This document shows, piece by piece, positions 23,339 to 32,000 of a DNA stretch of 32,000 bases; position 1 is the first letter of the stretch, and every line of letters starts with the position of its first letter. Position numbers and translations under genes: made by a program. The notes beneath the pieces were generated by a model, which had not been told where the DNA came from, made no database searches, and saw only the letters and a list, made by a program, of their open reading frames with translations. Origin of the DNA: Planctopirus limnophila DSM 3776 (lineage in GTDB: Bacteria; Planctomycetota; Planctomycetia; Planctomycetales; Planctomycetaceae); the NCBI RefSeq assembly GCF_000092105.1, contig NC_014148.1, forward strand, positions 2,760,001 to 2,792,000. The letters run 5' to 3'.

Positions 23339-24634
23339 ATGATTGCGACCAAGAGCTCGCCGATTGATCAACTCTGCGCTCAACTCGATGAGATTGTGCT
23401 GATCGATCCCCATTCGCATATCAACCCTCATGCAGCGGCTTCGAAAAATCTGGGAGATATACTCGGATATCATTATTTCACTGAACTGGCCCATTCAGCC
23501 GGCATGCCCAGAGAAGTGATTGAAGCTCCAGGGATAACCGCCAAAGAAAAGGTTGGGCGAATCGTTGAAGGTCTTGCACACCTGGATAACACGATCCAGG
23601 TCAAATGGCTGATTGAACTGTGCGAGCGTTTCTTTGGTTTTCAAGATGATCGACTGACTCCAGACAATTGGGAGGCATTGTACGATCACTCAGAAAAGCT
23701 GATGTCGGCACCGGATTGGGAGCAAACCGTCCTGCAGAAAAGTCAACTTGAAGCTGTATTTCTGACCAATGACTTTGATGATCCACTCACCGGGTTCGAC
23801 ACCAAAAAATACATTCCCTGTTTAAGAACTGACGATCTTGTCTTTCATCTGCAGAAGCCTGAAGTCAGACAAAGACTGGCCAAAGCCACCGGCTTTGATT
23901 GTGCAACCCCCGCCAAGTTGATTCATGCCATCGGGCAGCTCTTTACCCATTTCGTTTCCCACGGAGCCAAAGCCTGCGCCATTTCTTTACCACCTGATTT
24001 TGAACCGACTCCCGTCAGTCACGTTGACGCCGAAGGCCCCTTGAGGGCTGCGTATGCAGGCCATGTGCTGACGACTGAGCAATCGCAGATTTTGAGCCGC
24101 TTTGTCTTCTGGACAATTGCGGAATTCTGTTCAGAGCACCACCTGCCATTTGACCTCATGATCGGGGTTAACCGGCGAGTCTATGAATCCGGTGTCTATC
24201 AGGGGCAGGACCTGTTCGATCAGCGGGTCTCGCTGTATCAGTACCGCCGCCTGTTCAATGCCTTCCCGAGAGTCAAGTTCCCGATCTCTGTATTGGCGCA
24301 TGCGAGCAATATGGAACTGGTGAGCTATGCGTGGATCTTTCCGAACGTGATTGCGAATGGACACTGGTGGTATTCGAACATTCCTGCGTTCATTGAACCT
24401 GATTGCCGCAGCCGTCTGGAAGCCATTCCTCGCAATAAGAACATTGGCTACTACAGTGACATGTACAAACTGGAGTTTGGCTGGCCGAAGTTCCAGATGT
24501 ATCGCCGGGTTCTCGCCAAAGTGCTCTTCGAAGATTTTGTGGTCGGACGCCACTGGTCGGAAGAGAGAGCGGTCGAACTGGGGCGGCAGATCCTTCGAGG
24601 CAACGTAGAGACCATCTTTTCGGGAGCGTGCTAG
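23339..24634 (+). CDS. amidohydrolase-fold protein, glucuronate isomerase (UxaC)-like
   Basis: 431 aa. It has an N-terminal metal-binding motif LIDPHSHINPH (compare UxaC FDYHCHL) and a late NGHWWYSN motif (compare the UxaC WWF motif). The assignment is from remembered motifs only. Confidence 0.55.
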   Translation: MIATKSSPIDQLCAQLDEIVLIDPHSHINPHAAASKNLGDILGYHYFTELAHSAGMPREVIEAPGITAKEKVGRIVEGLAHLDNTIQVKWLIELCERFFGFQDDRLTPDNWEALYDHSEKLMSAPDWEQTVLQKSQLEAVFLTNDFDDPLTGFDTKKYIPCLRTDDLVFHLQKPEVRQRLAKATGFDCATPAKLIHAIGQLFTHFVSHGAKACAISLPPDFEPTPVSHVDAEGPLRAAYAGHVLTTEQSQILSRFVFWTIAEFCSEHHLPFDLMIGVNRRVYESGVYQGQDLFDQRVSLYQYRRLFNAFPRVKFPISVLAHASNMELVSYAWIFPNVIANGHWWYSNIPAFIEPDCRSRLEAIPRNKNIGYYSDMYKLEFGWPKFQMYRRVLAKVLFEDFVVGRHWSEERAVELGRQILRGNVETIFSGAC

Positions 24635-24661
24635 AAGTTCATTCATAGTCTGAATGAACTT
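24635..24661 (+). terminator. perfect 11-bp stem-loop immediately after the UxaC-like stop, with no U-tract
   Basis: AAGTTCATTCA (24635-24645), loop TAGTC, TGAATGAACTT (24651-24661). It starts right after the TAG at 24632-24634. The lack of a T-run makes terminator function uncertain. Confidence 0.35.
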
Positions 24662-24822
24662 GCCAGCCGAAATTCTGATGTTGAGTCCGGGAAATCAGAG
24701 CAATCGAGCCGCCCGCGACTTGGAGATGTGGTCATTTGTCCTTAGAATGCCGCTATCCTATTCATCATCACGACTGATCAGCTTTTTTGATCCTTACTTC
24801 TCATGCCTTTCCGGAGTCGAAC

Positions 24823-26523
24823 ATGGCCAAATTGCTCCTGCTTCAAGGAGGGGAAGCCACCCCTTATGAAATCGCTGGTGGCGAAGTGGTGCTGGGGCGA
24901 CATCCTGAATGCTCGATCCAGATCAACTCGAACATGGTTTCCCGCAAGCATGCTCGAGTCTTTTCTCACGATGATGGCTTCGTCATTGAGGATCTCGGGA
25001 GTGGTAACGGCACGTTCCTGAATGGCAAAAAACTCGAAGCAGCGACAAAAATCAAAGATGGCGACCGCATTAAGCTGGGTCCCATTCTCCTGCGATTTGA
25101 AGATCCGGATAATCCTGCCAGTCGCCCCGCGCTGGCTCCAGGAAGTGGAGTCAGTGGAGCCGGAAACCAGGCAGCTACAGCGACTTTCAATCTCGAGTTT
25201 GCCTCTGGCGATGACGATGTCGCCACTGTGATGGGAACATCCGGGCGTGTCGAAGGGTTTGGCGCCCTGGAAGTTCAACCCGAAGCCAAACTGAAGGCCG
25301 TGCTCGAAATCAGCCGTGCCTTAGCAGGCAGCACTGATCTTGATGGATTGCTCCCCAAGATACTCGACACGCTGTTCAATATCTTTCCACATGCGGATCG
25401 TGGCGTTGTTCTCTTCAAAGAAGACGATGGCAAACTCATTCCGCGAGCGATTAAACATCGTCGCTCAGACGAAGATGAATCGGTGAAATTGAGCCGGACA
25501 GTTCTTAACACTGTGCTCGAGCAGAAAACAGGGATTCTTTCGGCAGACGCAACGAACGATTCTCGTTTTGAAGCCAGCGAATCAATCTCGGCTCTCACCA
25601 TCCGCTCGATGATGGCTGTCCCCATGCTGAGCGTCGCCGGTGATGTTCTGGGTGTGATTCATATCGATACTCAGAATGCCTTCAACCAGTTTAAAAAAGA
25701 TGACCTCGATCTGTTGATCGCGGTTGCTGGTCAGGCGGGTCTTTCTTATGAAACCGCTCGACTCATGGTGACGGCTCTGGAAAAACAGAAGCAGGACCGT
25801 GAAATGCAGATTGCCGCCAATGTGCAACTGGCCCTGCTGCCGGAAAGTCTTCCCAAAGTCGATGGTTACCAGTTCTACGCCTCTTACGATTCGGCACAGG
25901 CAGTAGGTGGCGATTACTACGACTGCATGCAACTCGAAGGTGATCGCGTCTTCTTTGCTTTTGGCGATGTGGCAGGGAAGGGTGTGCCTGCTTCACTGGT
26001 CATGTCCCGAATTTCCAGCGTCGTGCAGAACGTGATGGCCTTCGTGACAGACGTTGGCGTCGCTGTCGGACGAATTAATAATCAGATGTGTGCAAAAGCT
26101 GTCGAAGGCCGGTTTGTGACCTTCGTCCTGGGCGTCATTCATACGCAAACGGGCGAAATGTCTCTCGTAAATGCCGGCCACATGCCCATCATGATCCGCA
26201 AGGCCGATGGGACAGTCGAAGAATTCGGAGCCGAAGCCGTCGGTATTCCTTTAGGGGTCATGGAAGATTACCCCTTCGATGTGGTCACGAGACAAATTGC
26301 ACCAGGCGAGACATGCCTGATCTACACCGATGGTGTCAGTGAGGCCATGAATCACAACAGTGATCTTTACGGCATTGAACGGATTCGCGAACTGATGCAT
26401 GCCCACGGGCATGAAGGGGCCGAAGAGTTAGGACGGACGATCCTGCAGGATGTCCGCCGCCATGCCAATGGTCGTCCTCAGAACGACGACATCACGCTGA
26501 TGCTCTTCAGCCGTCTTGGCTGA
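24823..26523 (+). CDS. FHA - GAF - PP2C (SpoIIE-type) serine/threonine phosphatase
   Basis: Starts at the ATG at 24823 ([46 protein letters not shown]...[13 protein letters not shown] = FHA domain). The track start at 24787 is a TTG. The middle segment [26 protein letters not shown] is GAF-like. The C-terminal part GGDYYDC...[16 protein letters not shown]...YTDGVSEA...NDDITL is SpoIIE/PP2C. Confidence 0.9.
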   Translation: MAKLLLLQGGEATPYEIAGGEVVLGRHPECSIQINSNMVSRKHARVFSHDDGFVIEDLGSGNGTFLNGKKLEAATKIKDGDRIKLGPILLRFEDPDNPASRPALAPGSGVSGAGNQAATATFNLEFASGDDDVATVMGTSGRVEGFGALEVQPEAKLKAVLEISRALAGSTDLDGLLPKILDTLFNIFPHADRGVVLFKEDDGKLIPRAIKHRRSDEDESVKLSRTVLNTVLEQKTGILSADATNDSRFEASESISALTIRSMMAVPMLSVAGDVLGVIHIDTQNAFNQFKKDDLDLLIAVAGQAGLSYETARLMVTALEKQKQDREMQIAANVQLALLPESLPKVDGYQFYASYDSAQAVGGDYYDCMQLEGDRVFFAFGDVAGKGVPASLVMSRISSVVQNVMAFVTDVGVAVGRINNQMCAKAVEGRFVTFVLGVIHTQTGEMSLVNAGHMPIMIRKADGTVEEFGAEAVGIPLGVMEDYPFDVVTRQIAPGETCLIYTDGVSEAMNHNSDLYGIERIRELMHAHGHEGAEELGRTILQDVRRHANGRPQNDDITLMLFSRLG

Positions 26524-26540
26524 AATGGTTACTGAATGTG

Positions 26541-26590
26541 AACAGCGTCGGAGAGATGATTCGAACATCATCCCTCCGACGCTGTTTTCA
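26541..26590 (+). terminator. strong intrinsic terminator between convergent genes
   Basis: 20-bp stem with one mismatch: AACAGCGTCGGAGAGATGAT (26541-26560), loop TCGAAC, ATCATCCCTCCGACGCTGTT (26567-26586), then TTCATT. It lies 18 nt after the phosphatase stop and about 30 nt beyond the stop of the convergent minus-strand gene. Confidence 0.8.
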
Positions 26591-26619
26591 TTAGCAGATT
26601 TCTCTCTTCAACTTGTCAT

Positions 26620-28365
26620 TTACAGCCGAGGCGCTGCTGGTTTGATGGGTGCCTGCCAGGCATTGGCCCCTGAGACTTTGATCTTCCGCTTGTAAACCCG
26701 ATCACCTGCCGTGATGAACAGCGTATCGAACTCAGGGCCGCCAAAAGTCAGATTCGAGACTTTCCCATTGGGTGAAGGAATGATGCAATTCACCCGCCCG
26801 GCCTGATCGCAGACTTGTAATCCCATCCGCGTGGCGACCCACAAGCGGCCGTTCTTGTCGGTTCTCATGCCATCGGCGCCACTGTCGTCGGCGGTATCAG
26901 GCATGTGCAGATGGTAGTACTTCTGCTTGAACGAGAGCGTCCCATCAGGCTGAATCTGGTAGCTGTAAACCCAGTGCGATCTGGAGTCCGAAACATAGAG
27001 CAGGCTCTGATCGGGCGAGACTGTAATCCCATTCGAGAATTTGAGCCCGGTATCAACCACTTTGGCTTCACCCGACTTGGGAATGAACCAGATCTTGCTC
27101 GGCTCAGTTCCCGACCAGCCCGGCTCTGTCACGAAGATATTGCCATTGTTCAGGACCACCAGATCGTTTCCGCGGAATCCTTTGGCGATCTCCGTTACCT
27201 TCCCATCAGGACTGGTCGCCACAATCTGCTGAGATTTTCCAGCGACCGTATAGAGTCGGCCATCAGGGCCAAAGGCCTGTCCGTCACCGTTATTGGTCTC
27301 TTTGCGAAAGACTTCAACACCCTGGCTGCCAACTTTGTAGGTCGTCGAGTTCGGGACATCATTAAAGAAGACTTCGCCCTGAGCATTGACTGCCGGGCCT
27401 TCGGTGAATTTGTAGCCTTCGCCCACCAGTTCCCACTCTTCGCCGGGAATGAGAATCTCCTGCAATTGAGGAGAGCCTTTGCCAACCTTGATACCTGCGG
27501 CATGATCCTTCCAGAGCCATTTCATTGCCTCGGGAAAAATCTCTGTCGCGTGCTTACCGTTGTGGCCACCATCACCCCAGGAGTGATTCACTTCATACCC
27601 GGCGAAGACGAGTGATCGCTCCATGGCCTGATTGGCAATCCACCAGTCGCCGCCATAAATGTTCAGATCGTTTGTGCCGTCTTCGAGAAAGACTCTCAAA
27701 GGCTTTGGCTCGTACTTGCGAATCAATGTCGGATAGTTCTGGCCTCCGCGCAGACCGACATAAGTTCCAATGGCACTGAAGACCCGGCGGAAGGAGTCGG
27801 GACGCTCCCAGGCGACAGTCCAGGCGCAGATGGCACCGCTGCTCGAGCCACCTATGGCACGATCATTAGGATCTTTCGAAAGCTTGATCGGGCGCCCATC
27901 ACTGGTTTTCAGCTTCTCAACTTCCGGTAACAGTTCTTCAATCAGGAAGCGGGCATAACCATCACCAAGGCCATCATATTCGAAGCTGCGATTGAAACGA
28001 TCGAGCTGGGTTTCCCCGTTGACTGCGGGGACCTTCCCGTGCATGACGAAGACACCAATCGTGACTGGCATGTCTCCCGAAGCAATCAATTGATCAAACA
28101 CAGCCGGTGCGTTGTACTGGATGCCATCCTGATTCACATAGAGTGCTGCCGGCCTCTCGCCTGTGTACTGCTGAGGAACGTAGACCCAGAAATCCCGTAC
28201 AGTTCCCGGAAAGATTTTGCTGGAACGAAACTGATGCTTCGTCACCTCGCCTTTAGGAACATCGGCAGCAGAGGCTGCATGAGAAACCAGACTTTGAAGC
28301 AGTACGAAACCTGCAAGTACCGCAAATGCGATTTTCATCCATCGGCTCAACACGACACCCATCAT
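26620..28365 (-). CDS. secreted two-domain protein: putative esterase (enterochelin-esterase-like alpha/beta fold) fused to an SMP-30/gluconolactonase/LRE-like beta-propeller
   Basis: 581 aa with signal peptide MKIAFAVLAGFVLLQSLVSHAASA. Esterase region: FWVYVPQQY...AIGGSSSGAICAW (GxSxG). C-terminal half: FTEGPAVNAQGEVFFNDVP... with repeated propeller-like blades. AGGAG Shine-Dalgarno sequence 7 nt upstream of the ATG. Confidence 0.82.
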   Translation of the reverse strand: MMGVVLSRWMKIAFAVLAGFVLLQSLVSHAASAADVPKGEVTKHQFRSSKIFPGTVRDFWVYVPQQYTGERPAALYVNQDGIQYNAPAVFDQLIASGDMPVTIGVFVMHGKVPAVNGETQLDRFNRSFEYDGLGDGYARFLIEELLPEVEKLKTSDGRPIKLSKDPNDRAIGGSSSGAICAWTVAWERPDSFRRVFSAIGTYVGLRGGQNYPTLIRKYEPKPLRVFLEDGTNDLNIYGGDWWIANQAMERSLVFAGYEVNHSWGDGGHNGKHATEIFPEAMKWLWKDHAAGIKVGKGSPQLQEILIPGEEWELVGEGYKFTEGPAVNAQGEVFFNDVPNSTTYKVGSQGVEVFRKETNNGDGQAFGPDGRLYTVAGKSQQIVATSPDGKVTEIAKGFRGNDLVVLNNGNIFVTEPGWSGTEPSKIWFIPKSGEAKVVDTGLKFSNGITVSPDQSLLYVSDSRSHWVYSYQIQPDGTLSFKQKYYHLHMPDTADDSGADGMRTDKNGRLWVATRMGLQVCDQAGRVNCIIPSPNGKVSNLTFGGPEFDTLFITAGDRVYKRKIKVSGANAWQAPIKPAAPRL

Positions 28366-28509
28366 CTTTAGACTCCTGGCAACACATCAGTCAATCACGA
28401 TGCGTGCAGAGTCTAGCAAGATTGGTGTCTCAATTCCTAATGATCGCTGCGCAATCCGTTCATCAATGTCGATCTGCAAATTGGGAGTGGCTGCGAACTG
28501 CCATCGCCT

Positions 28510-29565
28510 TCAATTCCTGGTAGCGAACTGCCATTGATCGGCCTGTTCGAGAACGGCTTTCGCTCCGTCACCTTGCAGCCATTTTTTGGCGTTCTCATCA
28601 TCTCTCAAGTAACAATCCCAGAAGGCGGTCGACAGCGAGAGAATCACCTTGTGATGATTGGGATTCCGCCCCGTCCCTCGCAAAGTACGAATGCGCGGTT
28701 CTCGTTCGCTGAAGACCGAATGCTCCGCTCCATCGAGAACGAGTTCATAGCGGTCGATGGTTTCGGGCAGGGCAGGGTAGACCTTCCGCCGAGATTCAGG
28801 CGTCTGCCCACCCACTGGAGAATCATCTTTGGTTCCCGTCATCAACAGCATTGGACGATCAACTCGCCGGAAGGCCTCTTGGGGTGAACCTGCCAGAGGA
28901 ATGGATGGGCTATAGGCAATCCCGCCTGTGATTTCAGGCACTTTGAACTGATTTCCCACCCGTGCATTCCCTTGTCCCAAAACTCCCTGCGTGGTCTGTG
29001 CCCCGAAGGAATGCCCTGATATCCCGATTCGATCCAGATCCATGCGACCTTTCAGAGGATGGCCAGCCAGTTTGTTCCACTGAGCTAACGCACCAACCAG
29101 GGCTTTGACGTCCTCACAGCGAAGTTTGAGATTCTCATAGTTGGCGGCCTGCTGCATGGCGGGCATGATTTCGGCTGGCTTCTTCCCCTTCCAGACCGAT
29201 TCATCACTTCCGGGATGCTGCAGAAAAATGCAGACATAACCACGCCCGGCCAGATGTTCCCCCAGGTAGCGATTGTTATCACACGAACCGCCCAAGCCAT
29301 GACTGAAGAGCACAACTGGTTGAGGCTCGATGTTTTCAGGCAGATAGAAGCGAAGGGGAATGGTTCTAGAGCGTGCCGTATCAACCAACGAATAGGTTTC
29401 GGTCGAAACTTTGCCGCTCGTCGTCAGTGGAGCGTAATCAGCACCTGACGCAGCCGGGAAAGTGAGTGTGGTCGAGGAAATCGAACACAAGGCAGCGATC
29501 ATCAAGAAAAATTGATGGGTTATGCTCACGATACTCCGCCTGTTCCATAAAGGAATTGGGTTCAA
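28510..29565 (-). CDS. secreted alpha/beta hydrolase (PAF-acetylhydrolase / dienelactone-hydrolase-like)
   Basis: 351-aa track ORF with a TTG start. A GTG at 29529 preceded by GGCGGAG gives a cleaner signal peptide (SITHQFFLMIAALCSISS...). Motifs VVLFSHGLGGS and ISGHSFGAQTT (nucleophile elbow). Confidence 0.82.
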   Translation of the reverse strand: MNPIPLWNRRSIVSITHQFFLMIAALCSISSTTLTFPAASGADYAPLTTSGKVSTETYSLVDTARSRTIPLRFYLPENIEPQPVVLFSHGLGGSCDNNRYLGEHLAGRGYVCIFLQHPGSDESVWKGKKPAEIMPAMQQAANYENLKLRCEDVKALVGALAQWNKLAGHPLKGRMDLDRIGISGHSFGAQTTQGVLGQGNARVGNQFKVPEITGGIAYSPSIPLAGSPQEAFRRVDRPMLLMTGTKDDSPVGGQTPESRRKVYPALPETIDRYELVLDGAEHSVFSEREPRIRTLRGTGRNPNHHKVILSLSTAFWDCYLRDDENAKKWLQGDGAKAVLEQADQWQFATRN

Positions 29566-29725
29566 AGCTGGCAGCAGTGCGATCGCGACGTGCTGAGCAA
29601 CTCGTACTTATTCAATTCCGATCTGCGAAAGCGGTTTCGCACCAAATGCATGCTTTTGAAAAAGAACAGGTTCAAATCGCAACATCAAGACATGGATCGG
29701 CGAAACTGTTAACCGGCGCAAATCA

Positions 29726-31153
29726 TCAGGCGATCAAATCTTTGACGACTGTTCCATGAACATCCGTCAGGCGGAAATCTCGCCCGGCATAGCGGTACGT
29801 CAGCTTTTCGTGGTCAAACCCGAGTAACGCGAGGATCGTGGCCTGCAGATCATGGACGTGAACCTTCTTCTCAACAGCCTGAAATCCGAAGGGGTCGGTG
29901 GCTCCATAAACCTGACCACCTTTGACACCACCACCTGCCATCCAGACAGTAAAGCCCCAGTGATTGTGATCCCGGCCGTTGATCTTACCGGCATTCGAGC
30001 CAGCCGTAGGCATCTCGACGACCGGAGTGCGTCCAAATTCACCGCCCCAGATCACCAGCGTTTCGTCAAACAAACCACGCTCTTTCAGGTCCGTTAACAA
30101 TTGGGCGATCCCGCCATCAATCTGCCCTGCCAGACGACGATGCCCCTCTTCGAGATCATCATGGTTATCCCAGGGCTGCCCTTCGCCATGCCAGAGTTGA
30201 ATAAATCGCACACCCCGTTCCACCAGCCGTCTGGCAATCAATAACTGACGCCCCTGCACAGAATCCCCATAAGCTTCGAGAATGTGCTTGGGTTCTTTCT
30301 GAATATCGAATGCATCCGTCGCCTCCATCTGCATACGATACGCCAGCTCAAAGGAATGAATGCGGGCATCCAGAGCGGCATCTTCCGCTCGCTTCGCCTG
30401 ATGCAATTGATTCAGCTTCTGCAGCAAATCGAGTTGCCGGCGCTGTTCAGGCAGTGAAGCCACATGACTCTTAATGTTCTCAATGAGCTTCTCAATATCG
30501 CGATGACGCGTATCGATATGTGTTCCCTGATAGACACCAGGCAAAAAGGCCGACCGCCAGTTCTGCGTCCCCGTGATCGGCAGACCATTGGGACACATGG
30601 CAATAAAGCCCGGCAAATTCTGGTTTTCACTCCCCATGCCATAGGTCACCCACGCCCCCAGGCTGGGCCGCGCGAGGCGGGCGTCGCCACAATTCATCAG
30701 CATCAATGATGGCTCATGATTGGGAACGTCTGCATGCATCGAGTGAATGATGGCCATATCGTCGATGTGTTTGGCCGTCTTGGCGAACAGTTCGCTGACA
30801 TAGACCCCGTTCTGGCCGTACTGCTGAAACTTAAACGGCGAGGCAAGGGCAGCGCCTGTCTTCCGCTCCGTCTTCAAAGTTTCGACGGGGAGAGCCTTGC
30901 CACCATACTTCTGCAGTTCAGGCTTATAGTCGAACGTGTCCACATGAGAAGGCCCGCCATTGCAGAAGATGTGGATCACATGCTTGGCTTTTGCAGGGAA
31001 GTGGGCAGGGCGGGGCTGCATCGGAGATGAAAACTGCTTGGGCCCGGCAGAAATTTCCGCCATGGCCTGTTCAGTCGTCATTCCCGCCAGAGCCAGTGCA
31101 CCAAAGCCACAACCCGATCGGGCCAGAAACTCTCGGCGTGATGAATAAAACAT
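29726..31153 (-). CDS. DUF1501 domain protein (sulfatase-fold) with Tat signal
   Basis: Start chosen at the ATG at 31153 (MFYSSRREFLARSGCGFGALALAG, twin-arginine motif). The track ORF extends to GTG 31201. Typical DUF1501 ending: GRDHNHWGFTVWMAGGGVKGGQVYGATD. Confidence 0.88.
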   Translation of the reverse strand: MFYSSRREFLARSGCGFGALALAGMTTEQAMAEISAGPKQFSSPMQPRPAHFPAKAKHVIHIFCNGGPSHVDTFDYKPELQKYGGKALPVETLKTERKTGAALASPFKFQQYGQNGVYVSELFAKTAKHIDDMAIIHSMHADVPNHEPSLMLMNCGDARLARPSLGAWVTYGMGSENQNLPGFIAMCPNGLPITGTQNWRSAFLPGVYQGTHIDTRHRDIEKLIENIKSHVASLPEQRRQLDLLQKLNQLHQAKRAEDAALDARIHSFELAYRMQMEATDAFDIQKEPKHILEAYGDSVQGRQLLIARRLVERGVRFIQLWHGEGQPWDNHDDLEEGHRRLAGQIDGGIAQLLTDLKERGLFDETLVIWGGEFGRTPVVEMPTAGSNAGKINGRDHNHWGFTVWMAGGGVKGGQVYGATDPFGFQAVEKKVHVHDLQATILALLGFDHEKLTYRYAGRDFRLTDVHGTVVKDLIA

Positions 31154-31274
31154 GGTTAACCTGCCTTGTCGATCAAGGGCTGCGAAATTACGTCGTGCCA
31201 CTTTTGATTCGGATCTATGTCACTTGATTCACAGGGCTACATGCCGGTTGGCAGCCGTTGAACACCAAAATTCT

Positions 31275-32000
31275 TCAATCGACAAACAAGTACTCATTGG
31301 TCATCAGCAATACCTGAGCCAGTTGCTGCCAAGGTGTGAGATGCTGATCTTTTTTCTCGGCATTTTCAGCAGGTTTCCCAGTGGAACCTGTCATCACAAA
31401 TTCAACGGCCAGCTTCTTCTCTTCAGGTGTGGGCACCCGGCTGAGAACCCGCTTGTAAAGCTCGGTTACGGCTTTATCCCCATCGTTGGCGGGCACCTTA
31501 ATCGATGCTGCCAGCAATCGGGTCTGATCGGCCACAAACTCGGAATTCAGGAAGAATAACGCCTGCTGAGGAACCGTCGTTTGCGGGCGAGCGGGAGCAC
31601 TGGCATCGGGATCGGCAAAATCAAAAGCCCGGAATGTCCCCGGTAGATCATTGCGGTTAATCAGTGCATAGACCGTTCTTCGATGCTCTTTGGGGTCTGT
31701 CAGGCTGCCAAATGGTCGCCCTCCATGAGATTCATCCAAGGTTTGCGAAACAAACAGCATCGAGTCGCGCATAGCCTCCAGGCTGAGTCTTTGCCGGGGC
31801 ATGTAGCTGAGCAGTCGATTCTCGGGATCAACCGTCAGCGATTTTTCTGTAGGCGTACTCGCCTGACGATAAACCGCCGATTTTAAAATCAGACGATGCA
31901 GTTTCTTCACTGACCATCCCGAACGAATGAATTCGCGGGCCAGATAATCGAGCAATTCCGGATGGGAAGGGGGTTCGCCACGAATTCCAAAATCACTCGC
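31275..32000 (-). CDS. DUF1553 (PSD-type) domain protein, C-terminal part; N-terminus lies beyond the right edge
   Basis: The frame stays open from 31955 to position 32000. My own translation of the last 15 codons gives ASDFGIRGEPPSHPELLDYLAREFIRSGWSVKKLHRLILKSAVYRQAS, the hallmark DUF1553 motif. It sits upstream of DUF1501, the usual planctomycete arrangement. Confidence 0.85.
   Translation of the reverse strand, partial: ASDFGIRGEPPSHPELLDYLAREFIRSGWSVKKLHRLILKSAVYRQASTPTEKSLTVDPENRLLSYMPRQRLSLEAMRDSMLFVSQTLDESHGGRPFGSLTDPKEHRRTVYALINRNDLPGTFRAFDFADPDASAPARPQTTVPQQALFFLNSEFVADQTRLLAASIKVPANDGDKAVTELYKRVLSRVPTPEEKKLAVEFVMTGSTGKPAENAEKKDQHLTPWQQLAQVLLMTNEYLFVD

Noticed and set aside
26905-27615. 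236-aa ORF antisense to the esterase/SMP-30 gene
   Set aside because: Antisense shadow ORF with no motifs.
28491-28532. Direct repeat GCGAACTGCCAT just downstream of, and inside, the 3' end of the alpha/beta hydrolase gene
   Set aside because: This short two-copy duplication of the gene's last codons is most simply a small local duplication scar. No structure or function is evident.

Overview
The window looks like a Planctomycetota chromosome segment. The pointers are a DUF1553/DUF1501 gene pair with a Tat signal, many genes without Shine-Dalgarno sequences, and G+C near 50% in spot checks. This taxonomic call is an inference from gene content, not a search result.

It divides into two parts.

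(1) Positions 1 to about 6498 are an integrated mobile element next to a tRNA-Leu(CAG) gene (6499-6582, minus strand).
- It carries a tyrosine integrase that heads a tightly packed six-gene minus-strand operon: integrase, a DnaJ-type zinc-finger protein, a 99-aa hypothetical, an HD phosphohydrolase, a CsrA-family RNA-binding regulator, and a winged-helix protein.
- The winged-helix gene contains six exactly phased 11-bp iteron-like repeats followed by a perfect 12-bp inverted repeat. I read this as a candidate internal replication origin, analogous to phage lambda ori inside gene O.
- Between the integrase and the tRNA lies a separately terminated module: a His/Cys-rich 144-aa protein followed by three tandem paralogous XRE-family HTH proteins.
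- A further open frame of at least 346 codons (1-1038, minus strand) runs off the left edge. It is missing from the supplied ORF track because it has no stop codon inside the window.
- The left boundary of the element was not found. No second copy of the tRNA 3' end is visible in the window.

(2) Positions about 6583 to 32000 are ordinary chromosomal genes.
- Regulators and translation: fur, a flgM-like anti-sigma factor, and the ABC-F factor ettA.
- Quinone genes: a ubiD-ubiE-ubiX-like cluster.
- Metabolism: class II fructose-bisphosphate aldolase, an enolase-superfamily enzyme and a UxaC-like protein.
- Envelope and signalling: a 987-aa secreted protein, sppA and an FHA-GAF-PP2C phosphatase.
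- Hydrolases: an esterase/SMP-30 fusion and an alpha/beta hydrolase.
- The right end carries the DUF1501/DUF1553 pair, with DUF1553 truncated by the right edge.

No CRISPR array, rRNA gene or second tRNA was seen.

The ORF track translates TTG and GTG starts as M and always reports the longest possible frame, so several starts were moved using homology or Shine-Dalgarno evidence. All functional calls come from my own reading of the translated sequences and remembered family signatures. No database search was run.
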